Shown: positions 39,302 through 50,204, counted from the first letter of the stretch. The stretch is DNA of 64,000 nucleotides from Oligoflexales bacterium (GCA_965215515.1 OZ244057.1:1-64000); one strand, 5' to 3'. Notes: a model not told the origin generated them from the sequence alone. Numbers and translations: made by a program.

Positions 39302-39834
39302 CATCCAGCGGACAGCCACAAAAAATTTGCTACGTGATGCTATCCTGTTACAAGCGGTGTTGCTGAGTGCCTGTGCGGGGGACATAGTCAGGGAAGAAGG
39401 GAACTTAGCACACACGGCAGAGTCACAAGAGATACAGGCGGAAGCGCAGCAGCGGGCGCAAGACCCTGCACGAGCTGCCCTCGTTCTCGACGCACCACCC
39501 TTGACGCGTGTCTATCAGCGTTTTTTTGGCGTTACTGACGCGATCTTTACCCCCCAACAACGCAACAATAACGATGCCACGGCTCGGCAAAAGGAAGTGC
39601 GTCAACAGCATGTGCTGTTGTGTATGGCGGTCGGTCAGGACACACGGGTATATCTGCGCTGAATGTGACCGCGCTCAAGGCCGCACTAAACGACGAGAAT
39701 TTGCCTGGCAGTGGGGAAGCTTTTATGTTAGGCATGCCGTAGTTCTAGCAGAATGAGGCACATAGTTGAGTAGGTGTTTTTTGTCAGCATGCCTATCGTC
39801 ATGGGTGCGGGACATCCACCGTATCAACCCACGT

Positions 39835-40710
39835 CTAGAGTCTTCTGATCAGATGCAAGTTGTCGTGTTGCTGCGTCCCGATACCGAACACTGTTCCGAT
39901 TTTATCGGCAAGGAGGAATTTGCTTTGCGTCTGCGTAAACAGCGGCGTAGGGCAGGGCAGTATTTGCCCGTTGCACAGTCGCGCACAGCTGTCGGTATCG
40001 GCGATGCGCAGTTGGGGGAGGGGCAGGCGAGCGAGGGGAATAAGACAACGGCTGAGAGTCTGTGTATTGAGGGTGTGCAGTGCCACACTGTGCTCGCGTC
40101 GCAAGCTTGCGCTTTCCTCTCGCACCAGTGCTGTCACCGTCGCCAAACTGCCCAGTCGCTGTGCCAAATCCCCTATCAAGCTGCGCACATACGTCCCTCG
40201 TGAACATACGACACGCAATACTGCGTTCTGCTCGCCTAGTGCGAGCGGAGTAAAAGCAAAGATGTGCACAGGGCGTGCTAAACTCGGCAAGGCCACAGGC
40301 AGCGCTAACCCTTGTCTTGCGTAGCGATACAGTGGCTTGCCGCGTAGTTTCACTGCCGAGTAGAGCGGTGGAATCTGCCTGAGTTTACCTGTCAAAGCTC
40401 GACAGGTTGTACGTATGGCCGCGGCTGTTGGCAGGTGTTCTGTATGTGCCACCACCTGCCCGTCGCGGTCGAATGTATCCGTCTGGTAACCGAAAACCAC
40501 CGTCACGCGGTAGGTTTTGGGGAATTCGTGCAACAACTCTTGCAAACGTGTCGCGGTGCCGCACAAGAGCGGCAATACCCCCTCTGCTAGAGGATCAAGC
40601 GTACCCGCATGCCCTACGACTGTGTGTCTTGGCAGCATGCGTTTTACTGTGCGTACCACTGCGGCAGAGGTCATCCCAGATGGTTTGTCGAGAGGGAGAA
40701 CACCGTTCAT
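39835..40710 (-). CDS. truB: tRNA pseudouridine(55) synthase
   Basis: LDKPSGMTS, GHAGTLDPLAEGVL, QIPPLYSAVK and CSRGTYVRSL motifs. Confidence 0.96.
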   Translation of the reverse strand: MNGVLPLDKPSGMTSAAVVRTVKRMLPRHTVVGHAGTLDPLAEGVLPLLCGTATRLQELLHEFPKTYRVTVVFGYQTDTFDRDGQVVAHTEHLPTAAAIRTTCRALTGKLRQIPPLYSAVKLRGKPLYRYARQGLALPVALPSLARPVHIFAFTPLALGEQNAVLRVVCSRGTYVRSLIGDLAQRLGSLATVTALVREESASLRREHSVALHTLNTQTLSRCLIPLARLPLPQLRIADTDSCARLCNGQILPCPTPLFTQTQSKFLLADKIGTVFGIGTQQHDNLHLIRRL

Positions 40711-40873
40711 GGCGAATTTTCTAACCTACGGGTCGTTTGTAAGGCAAGGTACTGTTTTCGTTCGTAACCTTCCGCCCTCTACAAACACCGCTTGACTGTG
40801 GGGCGGGAAAGGTTGTAGGGCTGACGCGGGCGGGGGGGGATAACCGCTAACTTAAGCAACTGGAAGGAAGTCC

Positions 40874-42292
40874 ATGTGTGCCATCCGTCTCTGTCTCGTA
40901 TGCGTGTTTTTGTCAGCTCTCGTCACCGTAACCCACTCCGCCACCGCCGCATCGCCGTCCGTCGCTAAGGGCGGTATGAAGCTCAGTGCCCTCTGGCGGG
41001 GGGCGGCAAAGAAGGCACTGCCCGCGGCAGCCGCGGCCTGGCTGGCGTTTACGCCGCCGCCAGCGCCAGCTCTGCCCAGTAGCCCCGTCCCGAAGTTGCC
41101 GTCCGTGCAGCACGCTCTACCGACGGAACATCCACAGTTACCAGGAGGGTATCTCGGCCACCGCGTGTTCTTCACCCAGGAAGGGATCGGCACACGCGGT
41201 ATCGTCATCGCTAGTGATGGCCGTACTGCAACGGTCGCCGTTCCTAGCCCGACAGGGGGGAACGAGCACATAACGGTATCCGTCGCAGACATCGAGGCTG
41301 TGTTGAGTCAGGATTACGCGGTCGTCGGTAATCTGGTCACCTTCGTACCCAGTGACCGCGTACACGACTTGGAGTTGGCCGCGTTAACTTTTCCGACAGG
41401 AGTGTCTGTGTTCCCCGACGGACGGTTGGTGTTCGATGGTGAACAGGAGAAGGAGGTTGCTTTTGGTCTTATCACGGCAACGACAGAGGACGGTAGTTAC
41501 ATCGTCCGACCGTACCTGCATAACATGTTCGCACCCGATCCGCACAAGGGTGACATTGAACCGTTTGCCCATCGCAACCATTCGCACGAGGTGAAACATT
41601 TCCATCGTCTTAACAAAGGCTTGTACCTCGTGACACGGGAAAATATTTTCACGGGTCTCGGTCGGGTAGTGCTGGAAGAAACGGAGATCAACACTCCTTT
41701 CTTCTCGCCGCTGGCAGGCTACGACCGTCAGCGGGAGGCAAATGCCGCGGCGCAGCGGGGTGGTTTACCCTTACCGCACGAGAATGTGCCTGCGCCCGTC
41801 ATCAGCCCTTACCTCACCGAGAAGCACACCGCGGCAGACTTTGTGGACAGAATAATTTATTATTACGAAGCAGATGGCAGTAAGTATGTAGCTTACGCGG
41901 TGGGGCAACGGAAGGGCAAGGTCGCGGTGCTACTGCCAGGCGGCAAACAGAAAAAATTAGTCGCGGTCGAGCAGATCAGAGCCGCGTCGCGAGAGAGTGA
42001 GGTGGTAGGTAATGGGGTTTCCTTCATTACGGGCAGTGCCTATCCCCTCATTCATTCTGTGCACTGGCAGGGCGAGCGTCTACCAGGATCGCGTGGCGTG
42101 GTGTGGGGTGGACGGGTAGTGGACGGCACGGTTGTCGCCAGCCTTGACAACGACCTGGTGATTGTGAAAGTGGAGATTAATTCTGGTAACGGACTGTATA
42201 TCAATTACCAGCTGTATCTTATCCACAACAGGAGTGAAGGGCTGCTCCATTACGGTAACCACCATCATCACGACGGCGGCAACAATTGGTAG
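40874..42292 (+). CDS. Secreted hypothetical protein with an internal beta-rich repeat and a His-rich tail
   Basis: Signal peptide, two similar segments ending VVGNxVxF, and C-terminal HHHH. Confidence 0.7.
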   Translation: MCAIRLCLVCVFLSALVTVTHSATAASPSVAKGGMKLSALWRGAAKKALPAAAAAWLAFTPPPAPALPSSPVPKLPSVQHALPTEHPQLPGGYLGHRVFFTQEGIGTRGIVIASDGRTATVAVPSPTGGNEHITVSVADIEAVLSQDYAVVGNLVTFVPSDRVHDLELAALTFPTGVSVFPDGRLVFDGEQEKEVAFGLITATTEDGSYIVRPYLHNMFAPDPHKGDIEPFAHRNHSHEVKHFHRLNKGLYLVTRENIFTGLGRVVLEETEINTPFFSPLAGYDRQREANAAAQRGGLPLPHENVPAPVISPYLTEKHTAADFVDRIIYYYEADGSKYVAYAVGQRKGKVAVLLPGGKQKKLVAVEQIRAASRESEVVGNGVSFITGSAYPLIHSVHWQGERLPGSRGVVWGGRVVDGTVVASLDNDLVIVKVEINSGNGLYINYQLYLIHNRSEGLLHYGNHHHHDGGNNW

Positions 42293-42307
42293 ACACGAAC
42301 GCACACG

Positions 42308-43273
42308 ATGACTAGCCTCGCCACCAAGTTGCGTCTGCGCTGCCAGCAATATCCGAAAGTGCTGGGGTTACCAGAGAGTGATGACCCGCGTGTCTTGCGG
42401 GCGGGGCTTGAGTTGTTAGCGGAGAATGCGGTCAAGCGACTCTATTTGTTTCATGACCGCAAGACTTGCACCGCGCTCAGTCGCAGCTTCGATGGTATTT
42501 CTCATTTACAAGACCCTCGTATCGTGTGGTTTGATCTGCGTTATCATGTCGATGTGGCAAATGCGGTGCGAGAAAAGTTGGCGGTGAAGGGACGCACGAT
42601 GTCGCCTTTGCATGTGGCGGTCTATCTGTTAGCGACGGGACAACTCGACACGGTCTGTGCAGGAGCGACACATACAACAGCGGATGTCATTCGGGCAGCA
42701 CTTACCTTCTTGCAATTATCGGCGGGACGCACGGTCAGCGGTTCTTTTTTGCTCAGTCGTCAGCAACGCACCATGATGTTTGCCGATTGTGCCGTTATCA
42801 TCGACCCTGACAGTCAACAGTTAGCCGCCATCGCTGCCAGCACGGTAGAGACCTTTCACTTATTGTTTCCTGAGGAAAAACCGAAAGTTGCTTTTTTATC
42901 TTTTTCCACCAAGGGTTCTGCGCAACATCCTCGTCAGCAGAAGGTGCGGGACGGGTTGAAAATTTTTCAGCACAAGTTTTCTCACATTAACAGCGATGGT
43001 GAGATGCAGTTCGATGCCGCAGTCGATCCTGCCATCGCTTTGCAAAAGTCATCGCAAGCGACGATACGTGGCGATGCCAACTGTTTTATTTTTCCCAATC
43101 TCGATGCGGGCAATATCGGCTACAAAATTTCGCAGCGTCTCGGTAACTTCGCTGCCTTCGGCCCTATTTTGCAGGGTTTCACTAAACCGCTGAGTGATCT
43201 TTCGCGCGGTGCGAGCAGTGCTGAGATTAAAACCGCTGCCTACATCAGTCTCTGCCGTGCAATCTCCAACTAG
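42308..43273 (+). CDS. pta: Phosphate acetyltransferase
   Basis: PESDDPRVL, FADCAV, LSFSTKGS, DGEMQFDAA, FPNLDAGNIGYK and SDLSRG motifs. Confidence 0.95.
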   Translation: MTSLATKLRLRCQQYPKVLGLPESDDPRVLRAGLELLAENAVKRLYLFHDRKTCTALSRSFDGISHLQDPRIVWFDLRYHVDVANAVREKLAVKGRTMSPLHVAVYLLATGQLDTVCAGATHTTADVIRAALTFLQLSAGRTVSGSFLLSRQQRTMMFADCAVIIDPDSQQLAAIAASTVETFHLLFPEEKPKVAFLSFSTKGSAQHPRQQKVRDGLKIFQHKFSHINSDGEMQFDAAVDPAIALQKSSQATIRGDANCFIFPNLDAGNIGYKISQRLGNFAAFGPILQGFTKPLSDLSRGASSAEIKTAAYISLCRAISN

Positions 43274-43282
43274 AGTAACACG

Positions 43283-44242
43283 ATGCTTGAGCTAGTAACG
43301 GGTGGCTTGGGTTTCATCGGCAGTGTCTATGTCGCCTGTGCCGTGCGTGCGGGGCGGCACTGTATCGTTGTCGATCGTGATAGCAGCAAAAAAAATCTGT
43401 TACGTGCGTTGCCGCGTGTCGAAGTTATTATCGCCGACCTATTGTCGCGGGAACGGATCACGGCACTTGTTGCACAGTATCAACCGCAAATCGTGCATCA
43501 TTTTGCTGCGCACAGTGCGGTCGGTGCTGTGCCCGAGACTACGTTCGCGGAAAACGTCACCATGACAGCTAACTTGCTGGCGGCACTGCAGGCTGGCAGG
43601 TCAGATGTGGGGTTGGTGTTTGCCAGTTCTTGCTCCGTCTATGGAGACGGTGAGGGGGTAAGTGACGAGACTACGACCCTGCATCCTATCTCTGCCTATG
43701 CCCGTTCTAAAGTTGCCTGCGAACGGTTACTCCGTGATGCGGTACGTAACACGCAGTTGGCGGCGGTGTCGTTGCGTTATGCTAACGTCGCGGGGGCGAT
43801 AGAGGGGTATGGGGAACAATTCAGTAGCGCGACGACACGCCTCATTCCCAAACTCATCGCCGCGGCACGGCATAACGAGGTCGCGACGATTTTCGGGTAT
43901 GATTTTTCTACGCCCGACGGCACGTGTCGCAGGGACTACGTGCATGTCCGTGATGTCGTCGCGGCGCACGAGCGGGCGGCAGTGCGTCTACAGCCAGGAC
44001 GGTGTATGAGTTTCAACATCTGTGCAGGCACGTCACACTCTAATCTGGAAGTTGTACGGGCAGTCGAGCAGATCAGTGGCAGACACCTGCGGATTAAGAT
44101 GGCAGCAAGGCGTAAAGGCGATCCCGCCGCGGTGCAGCTCAGCAAGGCAAAAGCGGCGCGCACATTGGGTTTTGTAGCGCAACATTCAGAGCTGGCCACT
44201 ATCATCGGCGATACACACCGCTGGCTGAATCGGCTTTGTTGA
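43283..44242 (+). CDS. galE: UDP-glucose 4-epimerase-like SDR
   Basis: VTGGLGFIGS, YARSK, LRYANVAG, TPDGTCRRDYVHV and RRKGDP motifs. Confidence 0.85.
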   Translation: MLELVTGGLGFIGSVYVACAVRAGRHCIVVDRDSSKKNLLRALPRVEVIIADLLSRERITALVAQYQPQIVHHFAAHSAVGAVPETTFAENVTMTANLLAALQAGRSDVGLVFASSCSVYGDGEGVSDETTTLHPISAYARSKVACERLLRDAVRNTQLAAVSLRYANVAGAIEGYGEQFSSATTRLIPKLIAAARHNEVATIFGYDFSTPDGTCRRDYVHVRDVVAAHERAAVRLQPGRCMSFNICAGTSHSNLEVVRAVEQISGRHLRIKMAARRKGDPAAVQLSKAKAARTLGFVAQHSELATIIGDTHRWLNRLC

Positions 44243-45303
44243 ACGTGGAGTTGCCCCACCAAAACATTATCTGGATACAAACAGCTTTTCTCGGCGACAT
44301 CGTGTTGACAACGGCGGGGATGCGTCTGGCGGCACAGCAGTTTCCGCGCGCAAGGCATTTTCTCATCACCACGCAGACAGGCAAGCTTGCTCTGCGCCAG
44401 CAGCATTACCTTACCGACATCTTTGTCCTCGACAAATCAACCCGTAACCTCTGGCGCACCTTCAGGGCAGTCAAGCATGCACTTGCGCCGTTGCGTCTCG
44501 CGACGGAACACACTGTAGTTATCAAACCTCACCTGAGCTTGCGTTCTGCCTTGTTAGCCAAATATCTCGCTTTCCCTACCATAACTTTCAGTGACAGTAC
44601 CCTGGCGTTTCTCGCCACCCAAAAAATCACACCCGACCATCGCCAGCACATCACCACCCGTATCGCCTCGCTGCTCGCCCCGCTAGGCGTTGCTGCGACC
44701 GACATTGCCAACGCTAAGCCTTACCTCGCCGCGGGCAAACCTTCCGTCAATATTCCCCCTGACTTGCGTAATTTTACCGGCTCGCTTATCGCCCTCGCCC
44801 CTGGCAGTCGGTGGGGCACGAAGATGTGGCCGAGCGCAAATTACCGCGCTCTACTCGCCTCACTTCTCGCTCACAACCCTCGACTAGGAAGCATCCTGCT
44901 GGGCAACCGCAAAGAAATTTATCTCGGGAAAATTATCGACCAACAATTTACATCACAAAAAAACTATTGGAATCTTATCGGCAAAACTTCACTCGCTGAT
45001 CTTCTCTACCTCATCCCTAAAAGCACACTGATAGTTACCAACGACAACGCCCTTGCACATTACGCATCCGCTTACAATGTCGCGACCGTCATGATCTTCG
45101 GCCCCACCGTACCTGCCTTCGGGTTTACCCCGCGGGCAGACAGGCACGCTATCGTCGAAACTACCCTGCCACTCGCCTGCCGCCCCTGCAGCGCACACGG
45201 GCCGATGCGCTGCCCCCGCAAACATTTCCAGTGCATGCGTTCTATCACGGTCGCTCAGGTTTTGCGGCAGGTGACACGGCTGCTCGACGATATAGATCGA
45301 TGA
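44236..45303 (+). CDS. Glycosyltransferase family 9 (LPS heptosyltransferase)
   Basis: QTAFLGDIVL, APGSRWGTKMWP, GKTSL, VTNDNALAH and IFGPT motifs. Confidence 0.9.
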   Translation: MLNVELPHQNIIWIQTAFLGDIVLTTAGMRLAAQQFPRARHFLITTQTGKLALRQQHYLTDIFVLDKSTRNLWRTFRAVKHALAPLRLATEHTVVIKPHLSLRSALLAKYLAFPTITFSDSTLAFLATQKITPDHRQHITTRIASLLAPLGVAATDIANAKPYLAAGKPSVNIPPDLRNFTGSLIALAPGSRWGTKMWPSANYRALLASLLAHNPRLGSILLGNRKEIYLGKIIDQQFTSQKNYWNLIGKTSLADLLYLIPKSTLIVTNDNALAHYASAYNVATVMIFGPTVPAFGFTPRADRHAIVETTLPLACRPCSAHGPMRCPRKHFQCMRSITVAQVLRQVTRLLDDIDR

Positions 45304-46042
45304 GCTTAGCATACTTGACAAAACTGTAAAGCGATCCATACATGGCAAGACAGTAACCAGCGTAGCCGTCGAGAAAACCACCCCTAAGGATGTAAAGATA
45401 GAGAAAATTACCCAGCGGTCGCAAGACATGCAGCGGTGGCACCCTACGTCGCTGTCGATAGGCATGCCGTGCAAACACTTCCGAATAGTGATTGAACTTG
45501 ACGTAATAGTCATGATGATCGGCATAACTGTGATGGTACAGCACGCCATTTTTTACTTTTGGCACCGCCAGTGAGGAAGAAATGACAACTTTTTCGTGAA
45601 TTGCACCTGCAAAATGAGCTTTCTCTCTCCTGAACAGAGGTATAATGTAGTTGCAGCTCCTACCGAAACGTAGCCTCCTACCCATGAAAACAGATCGACG
45701 GATGACTCTGAACCCCCCGATATGAGAAGGAATAGCTGGTTTGGCAAAATTTTTTCGTAACCAACACGCCAACGCAGAACTCATCTCTTCGTCGGCATCG
45801 AGACTGAATACCCAGCTTTTCGTTGCCCGCCGTAGAGCTTTGTTCTTTTGTGCACTGTAATTGGCAAAAGACGAGACACTAACCTCCGCCCCGTACTCTT
45901 CAGCAATTGCTACGGTGCGGTCATCGCTGTGCGCATCGACGACGATCACCTCCGCTCCCCGTGGCAAACTTGCCAAACAACGCGGCAAGTCACGCTCTTC
46001 GTTGAAGGTGATGATGGTAATGGCAAGGTCGAGTTCAGACAC
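45245..46042 (-). CDS. Glycosyltransferase family 2 (KdtX/WaaE-like)
   Basis: IITFNEE, VVDAHSDDRT, SLDADE and GFLDGYAG motifs. Confidence 0.9.
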   Translation of the reverse strand: MSELDLAITIITFNEERDLPRCLASLPRGAEVIVVDAHSDDRTVAIAEEYGAEVSVSSFANYSAQKNKALRRATKSWVFSLDADEEMSSALACWLRKNFAKPAIPSHIGGFRVIRRSVFMGRRLRFGRSCNYIIPLFRREKAHFAGAIHEKVVISSSLAVPKVKNGVLYHHSYADHHDYYVKFNHYSEVFARHAYRQRRRVPPLHVLRPLGNFLYLYILRGGFLDGYAGYCLAMYGSLYSFVKYAKLIDLYRRAAVSPAAKPERP

Positions 46043-46147
46043 CCTCGAATTTCCCCCCTCGACTCGTCATAGCACTCGCTCCCCCCGCCTTCTAGCATGT
46101 TGCTATCCAGCGAGCAATCACGTAGGCTTGCCTAGAAAGGAGATGCG

Positions 46148-47272
46148 ATGCGGGTAATGCAGGTGGTAACCCAGAGGGAAGGCTGGGGAGGTGCTGATCA
46201 TCAGGCTTGCACTTTAGCGGAAGGGTTAGCTGAGACGATGGACAGTTGGGTGCTTGCCCCCTCAGGACACCGTATCTTTTCGCGCCTCAGTGCCAAGGTG
46301 CGAGCTGTCCCGATGACACTCGGTAGCGGCTTTCGCCCCCACCTCGCCCTTCCCTTCGTGCGGCTGGTGCAACGCGAGAAAATCGCTGTTATCGACTTTC
46401 ACTCCTCGCACGGACACAACTTCGCACTGCTGGTCAGGCGACTGTTGCCGCGGGTTAAGTTTGTCGTGCATCGGCACAACATCTATAGTCCTTCCCGTGG
46501 TGTGTTCACGCGTTACAAGTATCTGCACGGCGGCATAGATCGTTTTATCTGTGTGTCGCAGGCGGTACGCAACGTCTTGCTGCGCTACGGTGTCACGCCC
46601 TCGCAAGCGGTGGCGGTCTTGGCGACAGTGCCCCCTCCCCGCTACCGAGGGGGAGCTAAACAACGCCAACGGCAAACAATCTACGCACGGTATCGTCTCA
46701 ATCCCGACCTACCGTTAATCGGCACGGTTGCCAATTTGCTAGAGCACAGAAAAGGCTACGATACGCTGTTGCAGGCACTAAAACTTCTGAAAGAGGATGG
46801 TGTGCCCCTGCAAGCAATTTTTTGTGGGCAGGGGCCTGACCGCGCGAAACTAGAAAAACAATGCCAAGCCTTGCACCTTCACGAAGATGTGCGTTTTGCT
46901 GGTTTTGTCGCTGAGGTCTACGATTTGCTAACTGCGGTCGATATCTTTTGTTTTCCCAGCAGAGACGAGGCACTAGGATTAGCGGTACAAGAAGCCGCCC
47001 ATGCTGGCTGCTGCATCGTCGCCACCCGTTCTGGCGGTGTCCCTGAAATGGTTGAACACGGAACAAGCAGCATGCTATCCGATGAAGGAGATGCTGTCGC
47101 GCTGGCAAGTAATCTCCAGTTAGTCTTAAACGATGTGCCCCTGCGCCAGCGTCTCGCCGCCAACGCCAAAACCCACGTCGCACAAAATCTCTCGGTCGAA
47201 AAAATGGTCACCGACACGGCACAGGTGTACGCGCAGCTGTTTAACACACATACTGCCAAAACCCAAACTTGA
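46148..47272 (+). CDS. Glycosyltransferase family 4
   Basis: WGGAD, RKGYDTL, PSRDEALGLAVQEA and GGVPEMV motifs. Confidence 0.9.
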   Translation: MRVMQVVTQREGWGGADHQACTLAEGLAETMDSWVLAPSGHRIFSRLSAKVRAVPMTLGSGFRPHLALPFVRLVQREKIAVIDFHSSHGHNFALLVRRLLPRVKFVVHRHNIYSPSRGVFTRYKYLHGGIDRFICVSQAVRNVLLRYGVTPSQAVAVLATVPPPRYRGGAKQRQRQTIYARYRLNPDLPLIGTVANLLEHRKGYDTLLQALKLLKEDGVPLQAIFCGQGPDRAKLEKQCQALHLHEDVRFAGFVAEVYDLLTAVDIFCFPSRDEALGLAVQEAAHAGCCIVATRSGGVPEMVEHGTSSMLSDEGDAVALASNLQLVLNDVPLRQRLAANAKTHVAQNLSVEKMVTDTAQVYAQLFNTHTAKTQT

Positions 47273-47300
47273 CCGCGCGGCATATAAAATAATATATAAC

Positions 47301-47329
47301 TTGACATTGTTTTTATGGTATAATATACT
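47301..47329 (+). promoter_or_regulatory. Near-consensus sigma70 promoter for the subtilase gene
   Basis: TTGACA (47301), 17-bp spacer, TATACT (47324); an overlapping TGnTATAAT at 47316-47324. Confidence 0.65.
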
Positions 47330-47368
47330 GTCGGTCGTTTTTATTTGTAAATAGCAAGGACATTAAGT

Positions 47369-49144
47369 ATGACGGCACACCCTAGACTCATCGCCTTTAT
47401 CTTCGCAATATCGCTAGCGGCTACGCCTGCTTTGGGTGGGAACAGAGCGTGGGTCGAGATCCTCAAGGAGACTAGAAAACTAGCGGTCAAATATTTAGAA
47501 GCAGCAGCGAACAAAAAGAAGGCTATAGCTATAGAAACAGGGGGGAGCATTAATGAAGTAAAAGAAAAGGCTTACATAGAATATAATGATGCTAAACGAT
47601 TACTGCGCAAGGGGCTTAACAAAGTTGAAAAAGCGGCCTTAAACGAGGTAGCAGCCGATGCTAAGCAAAGGAAACTACCTAATTTATACGGTGAGAAATA
47701 CGACGAAATTTATTATTACGATTATTATGATGATAAAGAATTAATTGTTGAAACACTAGACAACATTTTTGTCTCGGAATCTATTGATAATATTGATAAT
47801 GATGTGCGACTTAGTATGTTGTTCAGTTCCCGTTTTGCATCGCGACTTAATCTATTTTGGGCACAGGAGGCGATCGGTGCTCCTGAAGCGCGCGCGTTGA
47901 TACGGAGCATGGAGCAAAATAAATTTACCTTTCGTGAGCCAAGGATAGGTGTCATCGATGGGGGAGTAGGGGAAGAGTTGTTCGATGGGCATCCAAGATT
48001 CACTGACGGGCTGAATAAAAAACTCGAGAAAGCATCAAGTAAACAGAGAAGTGCGCTTATCGATAAATCAGATGATCCGCATGCGACGATGACAATCGGC
48101 ATTCTGGTCAGCGAATCGGAGGCGGGAGTGAGTTCTAAGGGAAAAATATCTGAGTTGCTGCTTGGCCGCAGTAATCCATACCGAGGTTTAAAAAAGCGTC
48201 TCGACGAAGGCCATGAAATTCCCCCCCTCTACAACCAGTCAAGGCATTTTACAGCAAGAGAAATCAGCGATCCAGCCACGGAGCAAGTGCTCGACAGCAC
48301 AATCCTTGTTCATGCTGCAGGTAATGATTTTCCTGCCCCTATTCTAGGCACACCTCCTGAGTTCTTAGATAAAATGATTGTGGTGGGCAGTGCTGACCCT
48401 GGCGGGTTTCCCAGTGCATTCTCCCAAACATCCGATAAAGTGGTTGTGCTCGCACCTAGCGATACATTTCAACGCTCCGCTCGTAATAAGGGACAATTTA
48501 TCGAATACGGCTACACGAGCGGGGCGGCACCGATGGTTAGCGCTGTGCTTAGCGATACTATGAGTATCTTGCCAGGTTTAAAGCGAGACGAAGCGGTCAT
48601 CATGTTGCAAAAAACCGCCACCCGCACGAGTATCAACAGTGTCAGTGAGGTCAACGGTGCGGGAGTGCTCAATCACTACAAAATGCTGCGGGTTGCCCAA
48701 AGATTGCACGCGGCTGGCTTTAACGAGGCTGACCGTGCCCAGAGGCTCGCCCTGCTCAAAGACGAAAAGCACTATGACTTTGCCAGAGAAGCGACAGGGC
48801 TTCAAGCAGAAGCAGACGAGCTACTCGAAAGCGCAGACCCAGACAACTACAACGCGGCATTTAAAAAACTGCGCCAAGCATTCTTTTTAGATAGCGGTGG
48901 CAGGAAAACCAGGACAGCCTTAGCTAAAATCTATGACGACGGAGGACACCCTGCTTCGGCACAATTCTACGCTGTGCCTGTAGATCTCAACCAAGGCACA
49001 CCAGCAGACCTCGATGACATACCTATTTACATACAAAACATTTACAAAAAAGCTGAACATAGGGCATTGCTGGACACCCATTATGACACGGATAATGAGT
49101 CTTTTATCGCATTGCTGAGGAGATTTTATTTAGGCTTCCTCTAA
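47369..49144 (+). CDS. Secreted S8 subtilisin-like serine protease
   Basis: Signal peptide; catalytic motifs IGVIDGG (Asp), DPHATM (His), HAAGND and GYTSGAAPMVS (Ser). Confidence 0.88.
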   Translation: MTAHPRLIAFIFAISLAATPALGGNRAWVEILKETRKLAVKYLEAAANKKKAIAIETGGSINEVKEKAYIEYNDAKRLLRKGLNKVEKAALNEVAADAKQRKLPNLYGEKYDEIYYYDYYDDKELIVETLDNIFVSESIDNIDNDVRLSMLFSSRFASRLNLFWAQEAIGAPEARALIRSMEQNKFTFREPRIGVIDGGVGEELFDGHPRFTDGLNKKLEKASSKQRSALIDKSDDPHATMTIGILVSESEAGVSSKGKISELLLGRSNPYRGLKKRLDEGHEIPPLYNQSRHFTAREISDPATEQVLDSTILVHAAGNDFPAPILGTPPEFLDKMIVVGSADPGGFPSAFSQTSDKVVVLAPSDTFQRSARNKGQFIEYGYTSGAAPMVSAVLSDTMSILPGLKRDEAVIMLQKTATRTSINSVSEVNGAGVLNHYKMLRVAQRLHAAGFNEADRAQRLALLKDEKHYDFAREATGLQAEADELLESADPDNYNAAFKKLRQAFFLDSGGRKTRTALAKIYDDGGHPASAQFYAVPVDLNQGTPADLDDIPIYIQNIYKKAEHRALLDTHYDTDNESFIALLRRFYLGFL

Positions 49145-49145
49145 C

Positions 49146-50204
49146 TCACGGATACAGCAGCTTGATGTTGGTCGCGGCACGCTTTTTCTGCAACCAGATG
49201 CGGGTCTGGGTGGCGAGTTCGAGTTGCTTGAGCTCCATCTCCAGCTCAGCCTTGCGCGCGGTGAAATCGCTATCGACGCTGAGCTGCCGCTTGACGACAT
49301 AGAAAATGTGGTGACCCGCTTCCGTCGCCAGCGGGGGGGAGTACTGCCCCTCCTGCAACGCACGTAGTGCCACACGCAGATCGGAAGACAAGTCCTGCAA
49401 ATGCACACCCTGCATAGTAGTGCGGTGCCGCTGATCGTGATACAACTCGCTGACCACCGCGAAAGATGTGCCTTGCTGAAGACGCTGATAAGCCTCCCTC
49501 AGCCGCTGCTCATCTGTCGTGAAGATCTGTCGCAATTCAAAAGTTACCAAATCCCCGACCCGTCCAGACTTTTTGAGATAATGAGTCCTAACATCCTCAT
49601 CAGTAACGTTGATCATCGGCAAGATGAGCGCTCCGTGAAATTTACGCAGCACTAGCTGATTGTTAAAATCTTGCTTGTAAATTTCGTAAGTTTTGCCTTG
49701 CGAACGCAAAAAAGCATCGAGATCAGCACGCACCAACTCCTTTTGCTTGAGGAAGGCGGCAATCTCACGTTCAGTCTCGGCATCGCTGACCTGCAGGTCA
49801 AGGTCAGCCAGCGCATCCTTAACCAGCTGCGTGTTGATAAGATCGTTAATGGCACGGGCAGTGCGGCTTGCCGTCGAAGGCGAGGGGAAATCTGAGACAC
49901 TCACCAACTGCCCGCCGTCCATCTTCGCCTTGGCCTCGCTGTATAAAACCGCATGCTCGCCGACGATTGCCACAATCCTGTCCACCGACCGCGGCTCGCC
50001 CCCTCCCTGTGGCACGAACACACCGCTGCCGAGCACCATCCCTACAAAAAATAAATAACTATACTTATTGACTTTTACAGGCAACATAGCGATTCTCACA
50101 CCTGTTTTCGTACCGCGAGCATCCTCTCCCAAAGCAAGCCCTCTGTCAAGCTCTATAGCATACACTGTACTATGAAATGGGGGGAGGTCAAAAATGCTGA
50201 ACAT
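49146..50204 (-). CDS. SurA-like periplasmic chaperone/parvulin
   Basis: VDRIVAIVG...LYSE N-domain and a degenerate PPIase domain (SPPLATEAGHHIF). The true start is probably internal. Confidence 0.8.
   Translation of the reverse strand: MFSIFDLPPFHSTVYAIELDRGLALGEDARGTKTGVRIAMLPVKVNKYSYLFFVGMVLGSGVFVPQGGGEPRSVDRIVAIVGEHAVLYSEAKAKMDGGQLVSVSDFPSPSTASRTARAINDLINTQLVKDALADLDLQVSDAETEREIAAFLKQKELVRADLDAFLRSQGKTYEIYKQDFNNQLVLRKFHGALILPMINVTDEDVRTHYLKKSGRVGDLVTFELRQIFTTDEQRLREAYQRLQQGTSFAVVSELYHDQRHRTTMQGVHLQDLSSDLRVALRALQEGQYSPPLATEAGHHIFYVVKRQLSVDSDFTARKAELEMELKQLELATQTRIWLQKKRAATNIKLLYP

Noticed and set aside
39327..39756. Short ORFs between ispB and truB
   Set aside because: A possible lipoprotein remnant (LLSAC), but there is no support for a definite gene.
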